Assembly (NCBI GenBank): GCA_965221505.1
Contig: CBDCSI010000001.1
Coordinates: forward strand, 2,197,835-2,261,834
Source: Rhodobacterales bacterium
GTDB taxonomy: Bacteria; Pseudomonadota; Alphaproteobacteria; Rhodobacterales; CAZPXZ01
Reading direction: 5' to 3'
DNA: 64,000 nt
The translations under genes and the position numbers were made by a program. This document shows positions 9,149 to 16,771 of this stretch, piece after piece. Below the pieces are notes generated by a model that saw nothing but the letters and a program-made list of their open reading frames with translations, was not told the DNA's origin and did no database searches. The first letter of the stretch is position 1, and each line of letters opens with the position of its first letter.

Positions 9149-10711
9149 TCAGGCCGCGGTGAACTGGCGGAAGCTCATCTGTCCGTCCGGCGAGATGATC
9201 GGAACGAGGTTGCTCCGATGGGCAAACGCCTCCGGCTCGTGTCCGATGAACACGTAGGCGCCGGTGTCTTCCATGATCTCCTGCATGCGCAGGTAGATCT
9301 GGGCGCGCTTCTCGGGATCGGTCTCGGCGATCCCCTCGTCGAACAGCCGGTCGTACTCCGGATCGGTCCAGCGCTCCCAGTTCCAGATTCCGACCTGGCC
9401 GGAGACGAACCACTGCGTCATCTCGAACGGATCCGCCGCGCCTCCGTAGCGCATCAGCCAGATCTCGAGTTCCTTCCAGGTGTCGCCCTTGCTCTCCTGG
9501 CCCATGGCCCAGAACGGACCGCCCTCGAGCGGCAGCACGGTGACGTCGATGCCCACTTCGGCCAGGTTCGCCTGGATGATCTGGCAGGACAGCACCCGTT
9601 CCGTCGTGTTGAGCGTCCGCAGCGTCAGCTGCAGCCCGGAGACGCCGGCGGAATCGAGCAACTCCCTGGCCTTCGCCGGGTCGTAGCTGTATTTGGTGGC
9701 GTTGCGCTTGCCGATCAGCCCCGGGCACACGATGCCGTAGGACTTCTCCGACACGCCCTCGTAGGCGCCGGCGATGATGGAATCCACGTCGACCGCATGC
9801 TGGATCGCCTTGCGCACCCGGATGTCCTGCAGCTTGGGATGCTCGGTGTTCATACCGAGCCACATGTACTGCAGCGCGCCGGCGACCTTGATCACCGTGT
9901 TCGGCGGCGGAGTCTGCTTCCAGCGCACATGGGTCGCGGCCGAAATCTCGGTGCATTCCACCTCGCCGGCCTCGTAGGCGATCTCGGCCGAGGTCGGCTC
10001 GTCGATCGGGATGTAGTTGACGGATCCGAAGGCCGGCATCGGTCCCGGCCAGTCGGGGTTCGGCCGGAGCTCGACCCGCTGCTTCTGGATCCAGTTGTGC
10101 AGATACGGACCGCAGGTCGCCGGAATGTTGGTGCCGAAGCCGGACGTCGCGGCTCCGATCTCCTCCGTGGCCGCCTTGCAGAGAATCGTGCCGGTGCTGC
10201 CGGCCAGACCCGAGAGCCAGAACGGCGCAAAGGGCTTGTTCAGCACGATGGTGCCGCTGTGAGGTCCGGTGACGTCGACCCGCTCCATCGCGTCCCAGTC
10301 GCCGGCCCAGTCGCTGGTCTTCAACCGCTCGAAGGAGAACTTCACGTCCTCCGCCGTGAGCTCGCCGTAGCCGTTCGTCCACATCAGTCCGGGCCGCAGC
10401 TTGAAGTCGATATGCAGCGGATCCCGCTGCGTGAGGCTTTCCGTATGCCACGCCGCGCCGGCTCCGAGACCGTCCGGTCCGTAGGTGTATTGCGCGACGC
10501 GCGGCAGAATCGAGTCCTGCACGTCGATTTCCGATCCGCCGACCATGTAGCCGGGGTCGAGCGACGAAATGTCCCGGCGCATCCGTACGTTGAGGACTCC
10601 GTCCTGAGCACGCGCCAGCCTCGGCAGGCCCAAGGCGCCGCCGGCGGCGACGCCGGCGACTCCGCCCGCGGCGGACAGGAACCGGCGACGGGTAAACGTA
10701 TAGGGGTTCAT
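9149..10711 (-). CDS. ABC transporter substrate-binding protein, family 5 (peptide/nickel type), Tat-type signal
   Basis: Track ORF 9149..10825. I place the start at MNPYTFTRRRFLSAAGG (comp. 10711), with AGGGAG 6 nt upstream. A twin-arginine signal is followed by ...LARAQD. Confidence 0.88.
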   Translation of the reverse strand: MNPYTFTRRRFLSAAGGVAGVAAGGALGLPRLARAQDGVLNVRMRRDISSLDPGYMVGGSEIDVQDSILPRVAQYTYGPDGLGAGAAWHTESLTQRDPLHIDFKLRPGLMWTNGYGELTAEDVKFSFERLKTSDWAGDWDAMERVDVTGPHSGTIVLNKPFAPFWLSGLAGSTGTILCKAATEEIGAATSGFGTNIPATCGPYLHNWIQKQRVELRPNPDWPGPMPAFGSVNYIPIDEPTSAEIAYEAGEVECTEISAATHVRWKQTPPPNTVIKVAGALQYMWLGMNTEHPKLQDIRVRKAIQHAVDVDSIIAGAYEGVSEKSYGIVCPGLIGKRNATKYSYDPAKARELLDSAGVSGLQLTLRTLNTTERVLSCQIIQANLAEVGIDVTVLPLEGGPFWAMGQESKGDTWKELEIWLMRYGGAADPFEMTQWFVSGQVGIWNWERWTDPEYDRLFDEGIAETDPEKRAQIYLRMQEIMEDTGAYVFIGHEPEAFAHRSNLVPIISPDGQMSFRQFTAA

Positions 10712-11076
10712 TCGCATCTCCCTTTGTATAGCGCGGCGGGCTCTGCCGGCCGCTCGGGAAGACCGGTTCCGAAACGCGCGGACAGGCCGCAGCGTCAGTT
10801 CGTTCCAGCCGACTGCGTTCACCATACCCTAGACCGAAGCCGCTGCAACACGAGCGATCCGCTACGGCGCAACGGCGTCGACGTCGTACCGGCACCGGCC
10901 GGCGAATCGCACCCGCGTCGCTCCTGATCCGGGGACCCGGTCAAGATCCCGAAGGTCAGTGCGGGCCGGCCCGGTATCCCGGGGCGCCGATGCTGTGCTA
11001 AACTGTCTCCATGAATGCAGCCGGAGGCAGGGAGTACGCGGAGTTAGCCACCAGGCTTGCCGCCGTGTAGGAGCGC

Positions 11077-11241
11077 ATGAATACCAGACAGGCGGAGTAT
11101 CTGACCGCTCTGGAGCGCATTGAGCGAAAGATGGCGGAACGAGACGCGGAAGCCGCCAAGCGTCAAACGCAATTGGTTCTGGCCGTCGTTGTCGTCGTCG
11201 GCGTCGGCATCGCCGTTATGGGTTACCTTTCCAACCTGTAG
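11077..11241 (+). CDS. Hypothetical 54-aa tail-anchored small protein
   Basis: Below the track size cut-off; read by eye. AGGAG lies 4 nt before the ATG. Sequence: MNTRQAEYLTALERIERKMAERDAEAAKRQTQLVLAVVVVVGVGIAVMGYLSNL (charged helix plus one TM segment). No homology is recognised. Confidence 0.3.
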   Translation: MNTRQAEYLTALERIERKMAERDAEAAKRQTQLVLAVVVVVGVGIAVMGYLSNL

Positions 11242-11654
11242 CCGGACTCTGCAGCGAAGGCCTCCTACAGGACGATTGTCCGGTCGCTCCCGCCCGTCGT
11301 CACCGTATTCGGGTGCCCTGTCTTTTCCGCGACTGCGATGGACGGCACCGCCACCGGCGTCGTAGCGCGAGCATTTGTCGCGAGTGCGGTTGAAGCCACC
11401 AGCCGAGCGTCTTTCCGAAACGCGGAAGTCGTTCGGACCATGCGGTCGGCTCCGGAACGCACCTGCTGACATGCGAGAGCGGACGGGTGTGCGGATACCG
11501 CCTTCGCGACTCCGGGAGTCGCCCGCAGCACGGGCGTCCCTCCGACCGTCGGCTCCGCTCTCGCGTTCGCCGGCCGCCGGCACGCAACGAGGCGGCATTC
11601 CCGCGCCCGATCGGGCATAATGAACCCATCCTGTTCAACATGGAGGTGAGAGGG

Positions 11655-12119
11655 ATGAACGGCATCCTGCGATTCGCGCTCTGCGGCCTGCTTCTGGCCG
11701 CGACCCTCGGCGCGGCCGACCGAATCGCCGCGCCCGCGCAGGCGGCGGATCCGGTCTATGCGAGATTCGGCGTGGCGATCCGGGGCACCGATCCGGTCGC
11801 GTATTTCACCGAAGGCGGGCCCGTCGCCGGCAACAAGGAGTTCGCGCACGAGTGGAACGGCGCCGAATGGCGGTTCTCGAGCGCGGAGAACCGCGATCGA
11901 TTCGTCGCGGAGCCGGAGCGCTACGCGCCGCAATACGGCGGCTATTGCGCCTGGGCCGTCGCCAACGGCTACACCGCCTCCGTCGTGCCGGAAGCCTGGC
12001 ACATCGAGGACGGCAAGCTCTATCTGAACTACTCGCTCTCCGTTCGCGAGCAGTGGCGGCAGGACGTCCCGGGCAATATCGCGAAGGGCGACCGGAACTG
12101 GCCGTCGGTCCTCGAATAG
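11655..12119 (+). CDS. YHS-domain protein (Cys form of the YHS (seleno)protein family), secreted
   Basis: Tail of track ORF 11487..12119. GGAGG lies upstream of the ATG at 11655. It has a signal peptide (MNGILRFALCGLLLAATLGAA) and the family-typical segments DPVAYF...FSS.ENRDRF...P.YGGYCAWAV. Confidence 0.8.
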   Translation: MNGILRFALCGLLLAATLGAADRIAAPAQAADPVYARFGVAIRGTDPVAYFTEGGPVAGNKEFAHEWNGAEWRFSSAENRDRFVAEPERYAPQYGGYCAWAVANGYTASVVPEAWHIEDGKLYLNYSLSVREQWRQDVPGNIAKGDRNWPSVLE

Positions 12120-12146
12120 CGGAACCGGACGGACGCGGGCCGCACG

Positions 12147-12638
12147 TTGTTCCGGAACGACGACATCCGGACCGTCCTGGACGAGACCCGGACCATCGCC
12201 GCGGTCGGCGCGTCCGCGACCGACGTGCGCCCGAGCTACTACGTGGTGCGGTATCTGGTGGAAAAGGGCTACCGGGTGATCCCGGTCAATCCCCGTTCCG
12301 CCGGCACCGCGCTGTTCGGCGAGACCGTGGCCGCCAGCCTCGCCGACATCCCGCCGGAAGCGGGAAAGATCGACATGGTGGAGATCTTTCGGGCGCCCGC
12401 CGCGGCGCTCGGCGTCGTCGAGGAAGCGATTCGGGATCTGGGCGACCGCGGGCTCTCGACCGTATGGATGCAACTCGGGGTCGTGAACCTGGACGCCGCC
12501 AGGCGCGCGCGGGAGGCCGGCCTCCGGGTGGTGATGGACCGGTGCCCGAAGATCGAATACGGTCGCCTGTTCGGAGAATTGCGCTGGGGCGGGTTCAACA
12601 CCGGGATGATTTCGTCGAGGACGCCGCCGCGTCGCTGA
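12147..12638 (+). CDS. CoA-binding domain protein (YccU/YneT-like)
   Basis: Track ORF of 163 aa with a TTG start. TIAAVGAS....PSYYV.RYL...GY.VIPVNP is the CoA-binding Rossmann signature. Confidence 0.8.
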   Translation: MFRNDDIRTVLDETRTIAAVGASATDVRPSYYVVRYLVEKGYRVIPVNPRSAGTALFGETVAASLADIPPEAGKIDMVEIFRAPAAALGVVEEAIRDLGDRGLSTVWMQLGVVNLDAARRAREAGLRVVMDRCPKIEYGRLFGELRWGGFNTGMISSRTPPRR

Positions 12639-12699
12639 CCGGGCATCCGTTCCCGCCCCCGGCGCGGTCCCGCATGCCACAACCGTTCGGAGAGAAGCC

Positions 12700-13989
12700 A
12701 TGACCGAAACGAAGAACTACGGATTCGAGACCCTGCAGATCCATGCCGGCGCACAGCCGGACCCGACGACCGGCGCCCGGCAGACGCCGGTGTTTCAGAA
12801 CACCTCCTACGTGTTCCGCAACGCCGACCACGCCGCCGCGCTGTTCAATCTGCAGGAATACGGCTTCATCTACAGTCGCCTGACCAATCCGACCGTCGCC
12901 GTTCTCGAGGAACGCCTCGCGACGCTGGAAGGCGGGATCGGCGCCACGGTGACCTCCTCGGGACACGCGGCGCAGATCATGGCGCTGTTTCCGCTGATGG
13001 GTCCGGGGAAGAACTTCGTCTCGTCGAACCGGCTCTACGGCGGCTCGGTGACGCAATTCACCAAGACCTTCCAGCGATTCGGATGGGAAGCCCGGCTGGT
13101 GGACTTCGAAGATCCGGACGAAATCCGGGGGGCGATCGACGCCGATACGCGCGCCGTTTTCTCCGAGAGCCTGTGCAACCCGGGCGGGGTGGTCACCGAC
13201 ATGAAGGCCGTCGCCGCGATCGCGCACGAGGCCGGCGTACCCTACGTCGTGGACAACACGCTCGCCTCGCCGTGGCTCTGCCGGCCCTTCGAGCACGGCG
13301 CCGACCTGATCGTCCACTCGACGACGAAGTATCTGTCCGGCAACGGCACCACCATCGGCGGCGCGGTCATCGACAGCGGCACCTTCGACTGGTCGGCGAG
13401 CGACAAGTTCCCGTCGCTCTCCGAGCCGGAGCCGGCCTATCACGGCCTGGACTTTCACGAGACCTTCGGCTCGCTCGGATACACGGTTCACGGGCACGCC
13501 GTCGGCCTTCGCGACCTCGGCATGACGCAAGGGCCGTTCGCCGCCTTCCTGACCTTGCTCGGCGTCGAGACCCTGAGCCTCCGAATGGAGCGCTGTTGCC
13601 GGAACGCGCTCGCCGTGGCGCGCTGGCTGGAGGCTCACGAAGCGGTGGATTCCGTCTCCTACGCAGGGTTGGACTCTTCCCCCTTCCGCGAGCGCGCGAA
13701 GCAATATCTGCGGGACGGCCTGGCAGGTTCCGTGTTCACCTTCCGCCTGAAGGGAGGCTACGACGAATGCGTCCGGCTGGTGGACGCGCTGAACCTGTTC
13801 TCCCACGTGGCCAACCTCGGCGACGCCCGGTCGCTGGTCATCCACTCGGCTTCGACCACACATCGCCAGTTGACGGACGAAGAGCGGCGCAAGGCCGGCG
13901 CCGACCCGGACGTGGTTCGCCTCTCGATCGGACTGGAGTCGCCGGAAGACTTGATCGAAGACCTCCGCCAGGCGCTCGAGTCCGGCTGA
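12700..13989 (+). CDS. metY: O-acetylhomoserine sulfhydrylase (PLP-dependent, Cys/Met metabolism family)
   Basis: Track ORF of 429 aa. Segments read: GFETLQIHAG...TGA...P.....SY.F, ...YSRL.NPT, and the HSTTKYLSGNG lysine motif. Confidence 0.9.
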   Translation: MTETKNYGFETLQIHAGAQPDPTTGARQTPVFQNTSYVFRNADHAAALFNLQEYGFIYSRLTNPTVAVLEERLATLEGGIGATVTSSGHAAQIMALFPLMGPGKNFVSSNRLYGGSVTQFTKTFQRFGWEARLVDFEDPDEIRGAIDADTRAVFSESLCNPGGVVTDMKAVAAIAHEAGVPYVVDNTLASPWLCRPFEHGADLIVHSTTKYLSGNGTTIGGAVIDSGTFDWSASDKFPSLSEPEPAYHGLDFHETFGSLGYTVHGHAVGLRDLGMTQGPFAAFLTLLGVETLSLRMERCCRNALAVARWLEAHEAVDSVSYAGLDSSPFRERAKQYLRDGLAGSVFTFRLKGGYDECVRLVDALNLFSHVANLGDARSLVIHSASTTHRQLTDEERRKAGADPDVVRLSIGLESPEDLIEDLRQALESG

Positions 13990-14173
13990 ACCCGGCGAAC
14001 CGCCTCCGCCCAGGCCCGCGAGCGGCCGGCACGTCCGGCGCGCCGGGCTTGAGCCGGGGCGGGTCCGGCAGGTAGTCTGGGGCGCCGTTCCTGCGCAACG
14101 GACGGTCGCGGACCCTCGGCGCGGACCGGACGTCCTGCGCGAAAGAACGAACGCCAGCGAAGGAGAATCTGCC

Positions 14174-15523
14174 ATGACACGAGACCGACACCCTAACCCG
14201 GGCGACGACGCGTCCCACCCGGGCCGGCGCCCGCCCAGGGACCTGCTGGCGCTTTACGCGGACGACCCCGAACGGGCGGACCGCATCGTCTTCGGTCGCA
14301 TCCCGCACCCGGACCGGCGGGGCTTCCTGAACGGCGCCGGCCTCGCGGCGATGGGCGCGATGATCGGCGCAACGGTGCCGTTTCACCGCCTGATGCCGGC
14401 CGGCTTCGTTCCGGAAGCGCTGGCCCAGGAAGCCATGCTCCTCGCCGGAAAGGAGGGTCTCACCGTCCTCAACGACCGGCCGCTGAACGCCGAGACGCCG
14501 GCCCACCTGCTGGACGACGACGTGACGCCGAACGCCCGGCACTTCATCCGCAACAACGGTATTCCGCCGGAGAGCATGGATCCCGCGAACTGGACGCTGA
14601 CGATCGACGGAGAGGTCGGCAATGCGATGGAACTGTCCGTCGAAGAGCTCAAGTCCCGCTACGAGGTCGTCCGGCGCCGGCTCCTGATCGAATGCGGCGG
14701 CAACGGCCGCGCGGCGTTCGATCCGCCCGCGAGCGGCAACCAGTGGACGGTCGGCGCGGTCGGGAACGCGGAATGGACCGGCGTGCGCCTGGCGGACGTG
14801 TTGCAGAGCGCCGGGTTGACGGCCGATGCGGTCTACACGGGCCATTACGGGCTCGACACCCATCTCTCCGGCGATCCGGAGAAGCTGCCGATTTCGCGCG
14901 GGGTTCCGATCGCAAAGGCCATGGACCCCGACACGCTGATCGCCTTCGCCATGAACGGCGAGCCGATCCATCCGATGAACGGCGCTCCGCTTCGGGTGGT
15001 TGCGCCTGGCTGGCCCGGTTCCTGCTCGCAGAAGTGGCTGAGCCGCATCTGGGTCCGGGACCAGGTGCACGACGGGCCGAAGATGACCGGAACCTCCTAC
15101 CGCGTTCCGGCCTATCCGGTGGAACCCGGGGAGGAGGTGCCGAAGAGCGCCTTCGGGATCATCGAGGAGATGCCGGTCAAGTCGCTGATCACCTATCCTG
15201 AGAGCGGGCTCGCGCTGCCTGCGGGAACCGCGTCCGTCGAGGTCCGGGGGCACGCATGGGCCGGCGATCACGAGGTCCGGTCCGTCGAGGTCTCGTCGAA
15301 CTTCGGGACCGCGTGGCAGACCGCCGAGCTGAGCCCGCCGCCGAACAGCCACTCCTGGCAGCGCTGGCGCGCGCAGGTCGCCTTGCCGAGCCACGGCTAC
15401 TACGAGATCTGGGCCCGGGCCACGGACAGCCGCGGCCGGATGCAGCCGCATGCGATCGCCTGGAATCCGAAGGGTTACCTGAACAACGCCATGCACCGGA
15501 TCTCGCTTCGGGTCGCAGCTTGA
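14174..15523 (+). CDS. sorA: Sulfite dehydrogenase/oxidase-family molybdopterin subunit (SorA-like), Tat signal
   Basis: Track ORF of 449 aa with GAAGGAG before the ATG. It has an RRGFLNGAGLAAMG twin-arginine region plus LNAETP...FIRNNG and IECGGNGR, characteristic of the sulfite oxidase family. Confidence 0.85.
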   Translation: MTRDRHPNPGDDASHPGRRPPRDLLALYADDPERADRIVFGRIPHPDRRGFLNGAGLAAMGAMIGATVPFHRLMPAGFVPEALAQEAMLLAGKEGLTVLNDRPLNAETPAHLLDDDVTPNARHFIRNNGIPPESMDPANWTLTIDGEVGNAMELSVEELKSRYEVVRRRLLIECGGNGRAAFDPPASGNQWTVGAVGNAEWTGVRLADVLQSAGLTADAVYTGHYGLDTHLSGDPEKLPISRGVPIAKAMDPDTLIAFAMNGEPIHPMNGAPLRVVAPGWPGSCSQKWLSRIWVRDQVHDGPKMTGTSYRVPAYPVEPGEEVPKSAFGIIEEMPVKSLITYPESGLALPAGTASVEVRGHAWAGDHEVRSVEVSSNFGTAWQTAELSPPPNSHSWQRWRAQVALPSHGYYEIWARATDSRGRMQPHAIAWNPKGYLNNAMHRISLRVAA

Positions 15524-16242
15524 TGCGGGCGGGTCCGGGGACGCTGCGGCGGATCGCGCTCGCGCTCCTGGTCGCGACCCTGTCGTCCGGCTACCCCGGA
15601 CCCGTTTCGGCCGATACGGTCGCCGCCCAGGTCGAGGCGGCGGATCCGGCATCCGGCGAGCGGGTGTTTCGCAAGTGCAAGGCCTGCCATACGGTCTCCC
15701 GCGGCGGACGAAATCTCACCGGACCCAATCTCTGGGGCGTGGTCGGGCGCCCGAAGGGGTCCGTCGACGGGTTCAAGTATTCGAAGGGCCTGGCCTCGCT
15801 CGGCGGCGTATGGGACGTGGAACAACTCTACGAATACCTGCATTCCCCCCGTAAGTTCGTCAAGGGCAGCCGCATGACCTTCGTGCTGCGGAAGCCCCGC
15901 GAACGGGTGGCCGTGATCGCCTATCTGCAGTCGATGCACGACGACTCGCCGGACTCCGCCACGGCGGGACTTGCGGAACCGACAGCGGAGGAGACCGCCC
16001 TGCTTGCGGCGGACTATGCCGGGCTTCCCCCCGGGGACGGGCGCGACGAGGTGTTCGCGCTCTGCAGCGCCTGCCACTCCCTGAAATTGGTCACCCAGCA
16101 GGGTCTGAACGAACGCCGCTGGGACGGCTTGATGGACTGGATGGTCGAAGAACAGGGCATGGACGAGATGGACGAGGAGACGCGCGGGCTGGTGGTACGG
16201 TATCTCGCGACTCACTTCGGCGAGGACAGCCGACGCAACTGA
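15523..16242 (+). CDS. sorB: Dihaem c-type cytochrome (SorB-like electron acceptor)
   Basis: Tail of track ORF 15256..16242. The ATG shares one base with the sorA TGA (tgATG at 15521-15525). It has a signal peptide (MRAGPGTLRRIALALLVATL...) and two CxxCH motifs (CKACH, CSACH). Confidence 0.8.
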   Translation: MRAGPGTLRRIALALLVATLSSGYPGPVSADTVAAQVEAADPASGERVFRKCKACHTVSRGGRNLTGPNLWGVVGRPKGSVDGFKYSKGLASLGGVWDVEQLYEYLHSPRKFVKGSRMTFVLRKPRERVAVIAYLQSMHDDSPDSATAGLAEPTAEETALLAADYAGLPPGDGRDEVFALCSACHSLKLVTQQGLNERRWDGLMDWMVEEQGMDEMDEETRGLVVRYLATHFGEDSRRN

Positions 16243-16420
16243 GTCTTCGTCCTCGCGCTTCCTCGCTCCCGTCCTTCGGTGCGCCGCCGACGCCGGTATC
16301 GGGGCGGCCACGAATCGACTCTCTTCGCGCGCAGGGACGGTCGCTGCGCCTCATGCCCCGTCTTGCGCAGGATGACGCGGGAGCCGTCGAGGAAAGCGTT
16401 CCGGTCGGAAGCGAGAGCGC

Positions 16421-16448
16421 TGACCAATCCTTCCACTCATTCTACGAT
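16421..16448 (+). promoter_or_regulatory. Possible sigma70-like promoter (TGACCA-16 nt-TACGAT) in the AT-rich patch upstream of the SNF2 gene
   Basis: Read by eye at the edge of the locally AT-rich stretch 16420-16495. There is no experimental support. Confidence 0.2.
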
Positions 16449-16771
16449 ACTTCATGTAACACGTTTCCATTACTAATCTTTCTTCTCTCCATGACGAGGC
16501 CGTCCGATGTGGATCGCCGATGCGGGACCGTGGGACCGCAGACCGATGCCGCACTCGCGGGAGAACGCCGGAAGAAGATCCGTTACCGGGCCGAATTGCG
16601 ATCCGTACGCTGCAGCGGAATTCGGCTTCGACTACCATGCGCCGAAGCGGGGTCGCGGCGCGACTCGGGAGATTCGGTCCGAAGACCCTGCGGTTCGCAC
16701 CCTGGGCAGCCCGCGGGATCCGTCGTCGGGCGGAGCTTGACGTAGGCAGCGGCATAAGCAGGAACGGCGTA

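Noticed and set aside
16351-16470. A small basic minus-strand ORF (METCYMKYRRMSGRIGQRSRFRPERFPRRLPRHPAQDGA, 39 aa) in the AT-rich patch upstream of the SNF2 gene.
   Set aside because: It has no Shine-Dalgarno motif, its composition is typical of random G+C-rich translation, and it overlaps the more plausible promoter region.
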